64,000 nt of DNA from an uncultured Planctomycetaceae bacterium (GCA_963833985.1 CAWIAD010000002.1:1312001-1376000), one strand, 5' to 3'; shown: positions 1-11,413, numbered from the stretch's first letter. Translations and numbers: made by a program. Notes: generated by a model not told the origin, from the letters alone.

Positions 1-229
1 TCCGTTCCGCCAGCGCAGCCAGGCTCTCGCAGCCGAACGGGCATGGCTGGAGGCCAACTGGCTTGCCGGGCCTGCCTGAGCCTTTTCTCTCACCCTTCCA
101 TCACCAACCGATTTTCAGCCCGTGAATCCAACCCGGCTCATCTCCTGCGCTGCCCGCTCGCGGTGCGCGCACCGGCCGGGAGTGAGCCGCGCCGGGATGG
201 GCCTTTTCCTCTCACAAGGACACAGAAAC

Positions 230-1671
230 GTGATCACAATCACCCGTCATGCGGCGAGACGGCTCCGCGCCGTCTTTCGCCGTTCCGTCCTGGGCATCAG
301 CCACAAGGGCCTGATCCCGCCGCTGGTGCTGGAGGCCGAGGGCCAGCACCTGCGAGCGCAGTTTCGCTACCACGAGCTGGCGGTCGCGTACGTCGCACCA
401 GCCAGAATGCGGCAACTTGATTCCATTCCCGTTCCGCTGGAAGCTCTTGCGGACGTCGAGGGACGCGACGAGAGCGCGGTCGTTATCGAATCTGTGGAGC
501 CGGACAGGATCAGCGTGCGCTGGCAAGATCGCGGGATACCTCAGACCCGCGAGTACCCGGTCGCGCCTTTCGGCAAGCTCGCGCCGTTTCCTGAGACCCC
601 GACGGCATGGACGAGCATCCCTGCCGATGTGCTGACGGCCCTGGCCGAAGCCTCGGCAACCTGCACCGGTGAGAGCACCGGTATGCTCTGGATTGCATCC
701 AGCTGCGGGGCAACGTGCACCAGATCGTCGCCACCGACGGCAGCCAGCTCCTCGTCTGGTCGGGCTTCGGCCTGCCATGGGATGGCGATCTGCTGATCCG
801 TGGTTCCACGATCTTCGCCTGCAAGGCTCTTGCCCGCGACCAGGCAATCCAGATCAGCAAGACGGACACCCACGTCGTCCTGCGGATCGGACCCTGGACC
901 ACCTATGACGAGATCCAGACGGGCGGCCGCTTTCCACGTGTCGAGGATGCCATTCCAGACATCCAGGCTGAGACCACGCGGATCCGGCTTGATCCCGACG
1001 ACGCCCGGTTCCTCGAAACCGCCCTCGCTCGGCTGCCCGGCTGTGAGGAGCTGAACAGTCCGGCGACGATTGACCTGAACGGCAAGGTGGCGATCAGGGC
1101 CAGGGGTGACGGCCAGCCACAGGTCACCGAGCTGGTGCTTGACCGCTCCAGTTACTCCGGGCCACCGATCCGGATGAGCAGCAATCGCGAATTTCTGAAC
1201 CGGGCGATCCAGCTCGGCTTCAGCGAGATCGGCATCTCCGGTCTCGAGACCCCGGTCGTCTGCCGGAAGGACCATCAGATCTACGCGTGGCAGCCGCTCA
1301 GCAGCGATGCGGCCATCGAGCTTACTGACAACGTGATCCGCATCGCAGCTTCGGCTGCCACCTGCACGGCCAGCCAGGACCTTACCAGACCAGAGACCCC
1401 GAGGAGCACCATGAGCGACCAAGCCAGAATCAATGCCCAGCAGCCAGTTACGCAGGCCAGTGACAACGGCCACGCAGCCAGCGACGGTAACGGATCGAGC
1501 CTGGCCACGCTGATCCAGGATGCCGAGGCGCTGCACACGACGCTTGCCGAGGCCAAAACGACGCTGAGCCACCTGATCACCGGCCTGCGCCGGCATCGCA
1601 AGCAATCACGTCTCCTGCACGAGACTTTGCGGTCCATCCGGCAACTCCGGCTGACCGAAACCGCCGAGTGA
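230..1671 (+). CDS. DNA polymerase III beta-clamp-like protein with C-terminal coiled tail (frameshift near 680)
   Basis: GTG at 230 after AAGGA. Adding one C at accggt (~678) joins ORFs 122..796 and 715..1671 as ...STRYALDCIQLRG...IVATDGSQL...GRFPRVEDAIP, resembling clamp motifs ATDGHRL and GxFPxY. Confidence 0.55.
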
Positions 1672-1729
1672 TCGACTGGACCTGTCCCGGCTACCACCAG
1701 CATCCACACCTCTGAAGGAGAAAAGCATC

Positions 1730-2227
1730 ATGCCCATGAAGCTGAACGTCGGCGTTTCGCGTAAGCTCAGCCTGCCGGATTACGGCTCGGTCGGTGCGAG
1801 CTGCAACCTGGAGCTCGAGCTCGAAAGTTCGCTGCTGGAGCGCGACCTCGAGGCGTTTCATGCCCAGATTCGGGGGGCCTACGTTGCCGCGCACCAGTCC
1901 GTCCACGACGAGCTGGCACGGCTTCAGTCGCTCTCCAGCAACAAGACCGAGGCGCCTTCCTGGACATCGGGGCGCAAAGCTCCCACAAATGGCCACCTGG
2001 AAGAAAGTCGTAACGGCCAGTCCAGGCGGTTCCAGGAAGCACGGGAACGTGGCCGCAAGCCCGCCACGCCGAATCAGGTCAAGGCGATCCGGGCGATCGC
2101 GCGTAGCCAGGATGCCGACCTGGAAGGATTGCTGCGTCACAAGTTCGATGCCCCGCGACTGGAAGATCTCACCGTCAAGCAGGCCAGCGATCTGATCGAC
2201 CTGCTCAGGAACTCCGCAAGGAGCTGA
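1730..2227 (+). CDS. Hypothetical protein (165 aa), co-oriented with the clamp-like gene
   Basis: AAGGAG RBS; clean ORF; short helical C-terminal motif ATPNQVKAI...LTVKQASDLIDLL. Confidence 0.75.
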   Translation: MPMKLNVGVSRKLSLPDYGSVGASCNLELELESSLLERDLEAFHAQIRGAYVAAHQSVHDELARLQSLSSNKTEAPSWTSGRKAPTNGHLEESRNGQSRRFQEARERGRKPATPNQVKAIRAIARSQDADLEGLLRHKFDAPRLEDLTVKQASDLIDLLRNSARS

Positions 2228-2399
2228 TCGAGCCAGCCTGAGAGACCACGACGAGCTGGTCTGCTCAGGCGGCTCGGTCATCCCATACCCGCGGTCGAGT
2301 CGGCTGCGGGCACCTTTCGCGAAAGCTCGGCTCCACCTTCCGGGGCAGGCAGTCCGGGCCTTTCATTGGTTCCGGTCCTTATCAAATGGAGGCACAACC

Positions 2400-2558
2400 A
2401 TCGACTACGAAATCTACTCGAAGTTCTTGAAGATCTGCTGTCTGATATTGCTCAGCGGGTTCATTCTGATGCTCTTGGGAGATGGTTGGAAACCGCTGAT
2501 CTCCAGCGTACTGATTGTACTCGTGCTGGCAGCCTGGTTTGGTCGGATGAGGTGGTGA
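2400..2558 (+). CDS. Putative 52-aa two-helix membrane protein with non-canonical ATC start (not in ORF track)
   Basis: GGAGG at 2388-2392, 7 nt before ATC; reads IDYEIYSKFLKICCLILLSGFILMLLGDGWKPLISSVLIVLVLAAWFGRMRW*. Confidence 0.4.
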   Translation: MDYEIYSKFLKICCLILLSGFILMLLGDGWKPLISSVLIVLVLAAWFGRMRW

Positions 2559-3004
2559 GCAGTGTGAATCCTCAGATCATCACCGATCAGGGACAGTCAG
2601 AACGCGTGGATATCACTGCTGCGAGTTGGTGAAACTCTCGAATCCAGTGATCCCTTGAATCGCGCGAGGAGTGACCCGCGCTCGATAGTGTCAGGCCCTC
2701 GGGACCGGCACCCTCGGCGCAGGATTGCGTGAAGCACCTGCCGCGATACTGAAACATATTGATTTTTTTTAGCCGCTAGAATCCTGGAGTGAAGGACTTA
2801 TAACCAATTAGGCCGGGAGGTTCCGTCATGGCACAAGGCGCGACCAGCCACTGTGTGCAATCGTGGCAACGCTCCTCAGGAAGTCACACGTCGATTGACC
2901 CTGGTCGTATGAACGCCAGTCCGGCCGTAGTTGTGGAGCTTGCACTGAATCTCCTCTGCAAGGATCGAGAGAAGCCGATGTGATCGCGACGCAGAATAAA
3001 CTCC

Positions 3005-3850
3005 TCATCCCGAGATCGTGTGGACCTCGACAGTCTGCTCGCGTAGCTTTCCCGTTCCCCACAAGGTCGTCATGGCCACGTCGGCAGCGTCTCGACCGAC
3101 CGCGATTGGGATCAGCGCGGGTCGGATCGCCTCGAGAGTCGCATCGACGTTGTGCCATGCCCCGCTCAGGTAGACCTGTGCAACGCTATGAAAATCGGGC
3201 GGCTCTAGCCCTGGCGCATAGCACGAGGCATAGCGGGCTGGGATGCCAAGCGCCCGGCAGAAGGCAATGACCAGATGCGCGAAGTCGCGGCAGACGCCAA
3301 CCCGCTCCGTCGCTGTATCAAACGCCGATGTCTTGGCATCAGTCGTCCCGTAGTGGTATTCGACATGATTGCGAACCCAGTCAGCAATTGTCCGGACTCG
3401 ACTGCCACCGGACGGGAGTTGACCGAACTCGCCGCGCGCCATCCGGGCAAGGAGGTCGGACTGACAGTAGCGGGACGGCAAGGTGAAGACCAGCAACTCG
3501 GCGGGGATCTCACGAAGGGGTTGTTCGACGGCATCATCGCTGAGGGCAGAGTTAGGAGCAGTCTCGATCGTTGCATTAAACTCAAACGAAAACGATCCCT
3601 TGGGGGCAATGATCCGGCGCTGGGGGTTATCGTAAACGTCCTTCACGAGTTCGTGGAATGGCGTTGGCGTTGTTGTCAGTCGCTCCTGTTCGACTCGGTG
3701 GGAAAGCCCCACGAGCGGTGGCTCAACCATCAGCAAGAGGAACGTCTGTTCGGGCAACTCGTAGGCAGCGCTGGCCCGGACGGAAATCAGCAAGGGTGTT
3801 GTCCTCTTCGGGAGTATTGCACAACGCCGGGATTCACTCTCGCGGGTCAA
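3005..3850 (-). CDS. Transglutaminase-like family protein
   Basis: GVCRDFAHL, DFHSVAQVYL and VDAT give a Cys-His-Asp core; start uncertain. Confidence 0.85.
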   Translation of the reverse strand: MTRESESRRCAILPKRTTPLLISVRASAAYELPEQTFLLLMVEPPLVGLSHRVEQERLTTTPTPFHELVKDVYDNPQRRIIAPKGSFSFEFNATIETAPNSALSDDAVEQPLREIPAELLVFTLPSRYCQSDLLARMARGEFGQLPSGGSRVRTIADWVRNHVEYHYGTTDAKTSAFDTATERVGVCRDFAHLVIAFCRALGIPARYASCYAPGLEPPDFHSVAQVYLSGAWHNVDATLEAIRPALIPIAVGRDAADVAMTTLWGTGKLREQTVEVHTISG

Positions 3851-4049
3851 GCTCGATAGGTCTTTTGACGTGGTGCAGGTGCTATACCAGTATTAGGGGC
3901 GGAACGAGAGTCAGACCTTGTTGTTCGTTACAGAAAGCAATTGTCATGCTAACGGTTATTGATTATTTTGGCTATAGAAATCTAGGTGAAGATTTCTACA
4001 ATGATCTTGAGAGATGGCCAGGATCCAGTTATTGGGAACGGAGTGGAAA

Positions 4050-4793
4050 ATGACGTATTGCTTGGGCATCTTCATGCGCGAGGGGCTTGTGATGGCCTCT
4101 GACTCTCGATCGAACGCCAGTCTCGACGAGGTCAACGTCTGCCAGAAGATGCACACGATCGTCGATCCGGGGGAGCGCGTCTTCATTCTCCTTACCAGCG
4201 GCAACCTCTCTTGTTCGCAGTCGATCCTCACGCTGTTGCGCCGCGACTTTGCGCAGGGCAAGGGCCTTGCCTCTGCCTCGTCCATGTACGACGCCGTCCG
4301 GGTCGTGGGCGAGCAGGTGCGGACGGTCGCAGACATGGACCAGCCGGACTTGAATAAACACAATTTCCGGTTCAACGTCCACCTGCTCGTGGGTGGGCAG
4401 ATACGCGGGCAAGCGCACGACCTCTATCTCATCTACCCGCAAGGCAACCCCCTGCGCGCGACGGAGGACGCCCCGTTTCTCCAGATCGGCGAGTCCAAGT
4501 ATGGCCGCCCCATCCTCGAACGTGGAGTCCGTTACGCGACCACGTCTCTGGAGGACGCTGCGCGGTATGCCCTGATTTCACTTGATTCGACGATGCGATC
4601 GAACGTTGCGGTCGGCCCGCCACTCGACCTCTTGGTCTACGCCCGCGACGAATTGCGGATCACCCACCAGCGGCGGTTCAACGCCCATGATCCGGATCTC
4701 CTGGCGATCCAGACCCGGTGGGAGCAGTCGCTGCGAAAGGCCGTCCAGGAGCTGCCACGAGTCCGCTTCGAAGAGCCCGGTATGAGATCTTGA
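4050..4793 (+). CDS. Proteasome-type protease (Anbu family, Ntn hydrolase)
   Basis: MTYCLGI start with N-terminal Thr; ASDSRSNA, QIGESKYGRPIL, STMRSNVAVGPP. Confidence 0.9.
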   Translation: MTYCLGIFMREGLVMASDSRSNASLDEVNVCQKMHTIVDPGERVFILLTSGNLSCSQSILTLLRRDFAQGKGLASASSMYDAVRVVGEQVRTVADMDQPDLNKHNFRFNVHLLVGGQIRGQAHDLYLIYPQGNPLRATEDAPFLQIGESKYGRPILERGVRYATTSLEDAARYALISLDSTMRSNVAVGPPLDLLVYARDELRITHQRRFNAHDPDLLAIQTRWEQSLRKAVQELPRVRFEEPGMRS

Positions 4794-4915
4794 TCTCGCC
4801 GTCCGCAGGCCGGATCGACTTCGAGAAGAAGGGTCCTCAGGCAGTCGATCACACGGTCGGCACAAGCACTCTCGGCCGCGAGCAACTCGCCACCCGGGCA
4901 GCCGTCGCGGAAGAG

Positions 4916-6439
4916 TTACCAGCCTGGGCGCTCAACTCGGACCTTGGAGGTGAGCCGTACTTCATGATCGCCATGGTCCCGCTCGATCAGGTCCGGGGTA
5001 ACCGAGGTGATCGCTGGCCCTGTCTGTACGGCGGCTCCTTCGGTGAGGATTGACAGGTCGCCGAGGATCACCTGTTCCGAGCCGTCGATCGATGTCCAGG
5101 ATTCCGTGCCGGCGTGCCCCGTCCGGGAGGCCGGTGCGCGATGGTTTGTGACTTCGATCCATTTACCGTCACTGACGCCCGTCTCGATTTCGGTTCGCAC
5201 CGCCTTGCCGTTGTCGTACCTCCAGTAGGACGCCTGGCCGCCGCGATAGGCGAGGGCGGCCAGCGGCAGAGCACGTACTCCGGGGCGCTCGACGATCACT
5301 TCGGCGTAGGCGTACATCCCCGGTAGGATCTGACTGCGGGGGTTTGGCAGGTCAATCTCGGCACGGAGCGTGCGGCTCTTGACGTTCAACGCCCAGGACG
5401 TGCGAGTGACGGTGCCGGGAATCGCCTCGTCGCGGTAATCCTTGGCCAGCACGGTCGCCTTCGTCCCGACATGGACGTAGTTGGCGTCCTCCGCGGGAAT
5501 GTCGACGAAGATTCGGACCTTGTCCATGCGGTCGACAACGTAGATTGGCGCGGCGGTTCCGCCGGGTGACTGGTAAGGGGACCGCGACATCGCCGTCGGG
5601 TCGCCTGTGGATGGCTGGACAAAGTCAAAAGTGTTGGCGTTGCGGGCCACGATCACGCCGTCGAAGGGCGCGGTCAGCGTGAGATAGCCTACCCATGCCT
5701 CCAGCCGCCTCGCCTCGCTCGTGGCGACGATCAAGTCGGCGCGGGCGACCGAGACGTCAACCGTCGCCTTCGCGAGCGTTGCCTCCTTGGAGAGCAGCTC
5801 CGCCTCCGCCTTCATGATGGTCGCCTTCGCCGCGTTCCGCGACGCGAGGCCCGACTTCCACTCGTTGGTCGACTCGAGGAGAATCTGGCGGTCGACCACG
5901 CCCCGTTCGACCTCGATCGTCAGGCGCTTGATCTCGGTGTCCCAGCGGTCGACCTCGGCCTGGTACTTGCCCAGGATCGCCCTGGCCTCGGCGAGGCTCG
6001 CTTCGGCCGCCTTGACGTCGGCCTCGGCCACCTTCACCAGCTTCAGGGCCAGCTCGATTCGTTCCTTATCTAGCTCCACGGTCGCCTTCTTCGTCCCGAA
6101 ATCCTCAACCGTCTCGGGTACGAAGAGCGTGGCGAGTATTTCCCCCTTCTTCACCTTGTCGCCGATGTCCACGATCCACTTCTCAATAAAGCCCGTCACC
6201 TTTGGGTAAATCGAGGTGCGCTCGTAACTTTCGATGAAGCTCGGCTGACCGACGACCCGGACGATGTTCCGCACCGATGGGTGGATCAACCGTACGGTCG
6301 GGGGCTCCGAGGCGCTCGCGTAGTCGGTCTCGGGCTCGTTGTGGCAACCGGGCGCGACGAGGACGGCCAAGAGCCAGAACACGAACCAGCGGCAGCCCGG
6401 GGAACGTTCCGGAACAGAGGGACTGAGAGTACGACGCAT
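4916..6439 (-). CDS. RND efflux periplasmic adaptor (MFP) subunit
   Basis: Lipoprotein-like N-terminus (LVAPGC), lipoyl-like VDIGDKVKKGE, coiled hairpin, LTAPFDGVIV. Confidence 0.9.
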   Translation of the reverse strand: MRRTLSPSVPERSPGCRWFVFWLLAVLVAPGCHNEPETDYASASEPPTVRLIHPSVRNIVRVVGQPSFIESYERTSIYPKVTGFIEKWIVDIGDKVKKGEILATLFVPETVEDFGTKKATVELDKERIELALKLVKVAEADVKAAEASLAEARAILGKYQAEVDRWDTEIKRLTIEVERGVVDRQILLESTNEWKSGLASRNAAKATIMKAEAELLSKEATLAKATVDVSVARADLIVATSEARRLEAWVGYLTLTAPFDGVIVARNANTFDFVQPSTGDPTAMSRSPYQSPGGTAAPIYVVDRMDKVRIFVDIPAEDANYVHVGTKATVLAKDYRDEAIPGTVTRTSWALNVKSRTLRAEIDLPNPRSQILPGMYAYAEVIVERPGVRALPLAALAYRGGQASYWRYDNGKAVRTEIETGVSDGKWIEVTNHRAPASRTGHAGTESWTSIDGSEQVILGDLSILTEGAAVQTGPAITSVTPDLIERDHGDHEVRLTSKVRVERPGW

Positions 6440-9400
6440 CAGGGACCTCCAGGCAAGGGGGCTTTCGGGGAGGCGGCGTGTCCGGGCCCCGCGTAAACGC
6501 CGTCCGGGGTGTGGATGGGACAGTTGAGTTGCGGTTGAGATGGGACAGGCGGGCCCAGTTGGGGAAGGGCCCTTTCGTCGGACTTCTCCTCGCTGGCGAA
6601 GGCCTTCGGGTCGAAATGCGAGCTCTCGGGGTCATCCGGGCATATCGATGGCGAGTGCGCCGCCTTCCGACCGATCACGACCGCGAAGATCGAGGGGACC
6701 ACCAGCAGTGTGGCCACCGTCGACATCACCAGCCCGCCGATCACCGCGCGGCCGAGCGGGGCCTGCATCCCGCTGCCTCGTTCGAGTGCAAGTGCCATGG
6801 GCACCATGCCGATGGTCATCGCGCAGGCAGTCATGAGGATCGCCCGCAGACGGTCCCGCGCCGGCGATCGCTGCCTCCGTCGAGGGCTTGCCCGCCTTCC
6901 AGTGGTCGTTCATGAACGCGACGAGCAGCACCGAGTTCGACACGGAGACGCCAAGGCTCATGATCGAGCCCATGAACGACTCGATGTTCAGCGAGGTGTT
7001 GGTGAAATAGAGGATGATCGCGATGCCCGCGAGCACTCCCGGCACGGCGCCGATCGAGATCAGTCCCAGGCTCGGCGACTGGAAAAAGGCCGTCAGGAGC
7101 AAGAGGATCACGAATACTGCGACGGCCAGTCCAATGCCGAGCGTCTTGAACATCTCATTCATCGGCGGAACCTGGCCGATGAGCTCCACCCGGACGCCTT
7201 CGGGCGGCTTCCCGGCCGCTGTGATCGCCCGGGCAACCTGGCGCGCGGCCCGGCCCATGTCTTCACCTTCCACGTTCGCGGTCAGGGTCAGATAGCGCTG
7301 CGACATGTCGCGGTCGTACTGGCCAGGCCGCACACCCCGGCGGACCGTCGCCACGTCGCGGACCATCAGGTTGACCAGGGGGTTCACCGTCGCGATCGGC
7401 AAGCTCCCGATGTCTTCGGCCTTGACCATCCTGGTTGGCGGTATCTGTACTTGGACCAGGTAGTCGAAGCCGGTGCTGCCATCGATCCAGTAATTAAGGT
7501 CGGTGAAACGGGTCGACGCCGTCGCCATGATGAGCGCCTTGCGCACATCCTGGACCGTGGCGTCGCTAAGGCCCGCCTTCTCGCGGTCGATATCGACCTC
7601 GATGGAGGGGTAGTCGAGCGTCTGCTCGAACTGGACATCGCGGAGGAAGCGGATGCGCTTCATCGTGCCGGCAATCTTCTCGGCATGCATCCGGACATCG
7701 TCCAGGTCGGTACCGATGAGCTGGACCGCGATCGGCGTCGGCGAGCCGAAGCTCATGACCCTGGTCACCATGTCGCCCGGCTCGAAGCCAAAGCTCGACA
7801 GCTTGGCTTGCTGCTCCGCCTCCTCGTGGGACAGTCCGCCCTGTTCCAGCCGTTTCACCATCCAGGGGATGACCCGCTCGGGAAGGACCTTGCGGAGCCG
7901 CTCGCGAAACGCGTCGAGCTTGATGCCGCTGTCGTCGCGGAGGGCGACCCGCAACTGGCCGTCATCCGGCCCCCGCATGAAGAGAATCATGTTATCGATG
8001 CCGAAGTTCGGGGCGACCTGGCCGACGAAGCCCATCGTGATCTTGATGTTCTTGGTCTTCGCCTCGCTCTTGATCTCGTCGAGGCACTTCACCGCCATCT
8101 GCCGCGTCAGGTCGAAGTTCGAGCCGGGCGGAGGCCGGAACCGGAGCACGAACTCGCCCGAATCCACTTGTGGGAACAGCTCGGTGCCGACCCGCATCCC
8201 CACCACCCAGAGGATCAGGCCACATACCGCGAGATAGCCCGGCACCACCCACCAGCGCAGGCGCACCAACCATTCCACGGCGTGAGCATACGACTCGAGC
8301 AACCGGTCGAACAGCCCGCGCTTCTTTCTGTCATGCATCTTTTGCTTGAGCATGTATACGCACAATATGGGCAAGCACATGATCGATAACAGATACGACG
8401 AGATCATGGCGAAGCCGACGGCCAGGGTCAGCGGCATGAAGAGAGCCCGGAGCGGGTCTTGCATGATGAACGCAGGCACGAATACACACAGGATACACAG
8501 TAGTGCCAGCAGGATCGGCACGGCTGTAGCGTAGCTTGCACGCAGTACTGCCGTGGCGATCTTTGGCTCTTGATCCATCTGTACGTGCACGTTCTCGATC
8601 GTCACTGTCGACATATCGACGAGGATCCCCATCGACAGCGCCATACCGCCCAGCGACATGATGTTGATCGTATTGCCCGTCAGCCAGAGCCCGACCAACG
8701 ATCCGAGCAGGGCGAGCGGGATGATGACCACGACGACGACCACGCTCCTCAGGTCGCGGAGGAACAGGAAGATCATCAGTCCGGTCAGGCCGGCCCCGAT
8801 AAGACCCTCGGTGGCCACGCTCTCGACAGCCGCCAGCACGGTGGGCGACTCGTCGAACTCGAAGCTGATCTTGACGTTGTCCCTGTATTCCTTGGGGATG
8901 ACACTGCTGAAGAGCTTCATCGACTTGCGGGTGTCGGCCACGACGGACAACGTCGACCCTGTTGCCGTCTTGATGACCGGCAGATAGACCGCCTTCTTGC
9001 CGTTGACCAGCGCGAAGCCGTAAGTGATGTCGGTATCATCCTGGATGGTTGCCACATCGCGGAGGTAGACGTTCCGCCCCAGTTTAAGGGGGATCGTACC
9101 CAGGCGCTGGATGTCGACCACCGTCGCGTTGTTGGCGACGATCGGCATCGAGTCCTGGATGTAGACGTTGCCCGCCGGGACGATGGTATTCCCCTTCGCC
9201 AGGGCGTCGACAACATTCTCCGGGGTCAGATTGTTTTCGCGGAGCTTATGGGGATCGACGCGGATGATGATCGACCGCATGTTCGGGCCGAAGGGGGAGA
9301 CAGCGACCGTGCCGGGAACGTTCTTCTGAACCTGCGGCCGGATGAGGTTCTGCGCCAGTCTCCCAGTTGCCCGAGCGAGGCATCCTTGCTCTCCAGCACG

Positions 9401-9831
9401 AGGTAGCCGACCGGGACGCTGCCCGCGTCCATCCGCATGATCATCGGCGGCATTGTCCCCTTGGGCATCCACGACATGGCGCGGTCGGACATTGCCACGA
9501 CTTGGGCCATCGCCTGGCCCATGTCAGTGCCGGGGTAGAACGAGAGCTCGCACAGGGAGACCTGCTGGATATTCCGCGAATTGATGTCCTTGATCCCATC
9601 GACATACTGAAAATAAAGCTCGATCCCGTTGACGATGAACCCCTCCATCTGACCGGGGCTCATGCCAACGTAATCGAGGAACACGTAGATCTTCGGTACG
9701 TTCAGCGAGGGGAAGATGTCCACCCGCATTCTGTCGTAGGCCAGCTCGCCCCCGCTGATCAGGGCCACGACCAGCGTCAGGGTAGTGATCGGGTGCCGCA
9801 TGGCGAAGACGGTCGGGTTCATGGGCCACAC
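6439..9831 (-). CDS. RND efflux permease (AcrB/CzcA family), frameshifts near 9360 and 6850
   Basis: ORFs 9226..9831, 6632..9472 and 6439..6834 join: VDIFPSLN, INIMSLGG...VTIENV, then RLRAILMT...APLGRAVIGG. Confidence 0.88.
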
Positions 9832-9950
9832 CGTTTGTTGTTATGATAATCCTGTCGCAATGTTATAAGACAACGGGCGTTCCTTGGCTCCGCAGTCTAG
9901 AGGTTTGCACAGCCGGCGGTCACCGACGTGAGGCAGCGGGTACGAGCATG

Positions 9951-10841
9951 CTACCGGCCGTTTCCCTTCGCAGTTAAAGGAGTCGTTCCCACACCGGCGA
10001 TCTCCTCGGATTGGCCCGGATCCTTCACATTCGGGAATGCGTCCTCGGGGCGCCCGTGAACCAGAGTATTCGCGCCGTCGCCTCCACGCTTCAGGAAGGC
10101 CCCCAGCAGTTCGAGCGGCAAGGGGAAGATGATCGTGGAATTCTGATCCGAGGCCACGTCCGCGAGAGCCTGGAGGTAGCGCATCTGCATCGCCATGGGA
10201 TAGGGAGTCATGATCTGCGCGGCTTGACGGAGTTTATCGGCAGCCTGGAACTCCCCCTCGGCGTTGATGACCTTCGCGCGCCGTTCGCGTTCGGCCTCGG
10301 CCTGGCGGGCCATGGACCGCTTCATCGGCTCGGGGAGATCCATGTCCTTGACTTCCACGACCGAGACTTTTACCCCCCACGGCTCGGTGTGCCCGTCAAT
10401 GATTTCTTGCAAGCGGTGGTTCACTTTATCCCGCTCCGTCAAGAGGTCATCGAGTTCTGCCTGCCCGAGCGTGCTGCGCAAGGTAGTCAACGCCACCTGG
10501 GAAGTGGCGAACAAGAAGTCGGCCACCTCCAGAACGGATCGCATTGGATCCACGACCCGGAAATAGAGCACGGCATTGACGCGGACCGAGACATTGTCCC
10601 GAGTGATGACATCTTGAGGCTCGATAACTCTCGTGATGGTCCGCAGGTCCACTCGCGTCATGCGATCGACCGGCCAGAAGACCAGGATCAGTCCCGGTCC
10701 CTTGGGCTTGGTCATGGCTCGGCCCAGGCGGAAGACAACCCCTCGCTCGTACTCGTTCAGGACGCGAATGCAGCTCAACAGGTACACGGCGACCAGTGCC
10801 AGGGCGATCCCCAAACCCATCGCGATCTCGACTAGCCACAT
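9951..10841 (-). CDS. SPFH / stomatin-like (slipin) protein
   Basis: EYERGVVFRLG, QDVITRDNV, RQAEAERERRAKVI; AGGAGG RBS before ATG at 10841. Confidence 0.92.
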   Translation of the reverse strand: MWLVEIAMGLGIALALVAVYLLSCIRVLNEYERGVVFRLGRAMTKPKGPGLILVFWPVDRMTRVDLRTITRVIEPQDVITRDNVSVRVNAVLYFRVVDPMRSVLEVADFLFATSQVALTTLRSTLGQAELDDLLTERDKVNHRLQEIIDGHTEPWGVKVSVVEVKDMDLPEPMKRSMARQAEAERERRAKVINAEGEFQAADKLRQAAQIMTPYPMAMQMRYLQALADVASDQNSTIIFPLPLELLGAFLKRGGDGANTLVHGRPEDAFPNVKDPGQSEEIAGVGTTPLTAKGNGR

Positions 10842-10972
10842 GACAAAACCTCCTAAGAATGGTTGTCCGGCGAGGCGGTTCGCCAGACCGAATCTCAATC
10901 TCCTGTTAGTCTTTTTTGCGGAGCATCTTTTGTGCGGCGACGCCGCAGGGTTTTGACCGGTTCGCTGCACCG

Positions 10973-11080
10973 AAAAAAAAACGGCGTGGTCCAACACCCT
11001 GAGGTATTCGACCACGCCGGCTTACTCGTCAACGGGCCCCCCGGCAAAGCCGGGTTGCCCCTCATCTAGTCGTCCGACGA
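10973..11080 (-). ncRNA. Riboswitch-like cis-regulatory RNA copy 1 with overlapping intrinsic terminator (resembles DUF1646 / Na+-I class)
   Basis: UCGGACGACUA..GGGCAACCCGGC-UUU-GCCGGGGGGCCC..GAGUAAGCCGG, then a CGGCGUGGUC/GACCACGCCG stem and U9; two homologous copies elsewhere in the window. Confidence 0.75.
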
Positions 11081-11269
11081 CCCCCGCTCATATTTTTATG
11101 GAAGTTGCTCGCTCATGCAAGCCTTCCATTCCAGAGTCATTGTCCTACCTCGAACCCAACGAAGCAAGCGCATTCTTGTAGTTTCTCACATGACAATCCT
11201 AAAATCAAGGGTCGCGAAAGAGATCTCTGCCTGGCCGCTCACCTGCTGTGCTGGTTCAGCTTGAATGGG

Positions 11270-11413
11270 AAGAACGACCGTGCTCGCCCAGCTAGCCAGA
11301 TCGGCCAGGAGCTGGGGATCAACAAGGAACGCGTTCGCCAGATCGAGGCGCACGCGGAGGCCAAGCTCCGTGAACTTGCCGGCCGCGAGGCACTCGGACC
11401 GCTGGAGATTTAA
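11270..11413 (+). pseudogene. Sigma-70 region 4 remnant
   Basis: QIGQELGINKERVRQIEAHAEAKLRELA matches the sigma70 region-4 HTH; no upstream regions 2-3. Confidence 0.7.

Noticed and set aside
2366..2632. 88-aa ORF from the track
   Set aside because: It has no RBS or motif; the overlapping frame at 2400-2558 has a better RBS and coherent hydrophobic helices.
10842..11015. N-terminal extension of the SPFH ORF given in the ORF track
   Set aside because: It runs through the terminator; the AGGAGG RBS and TM segment support a start at 10841.
10973..11080. c-di-AMP (ydaO) or other large riboswitch
   Set aside because: The conserved core is only about 60 nt and lacks the GCUGAAUC and CCCGUCAGCUAAC-type segments I associate with ydaO.
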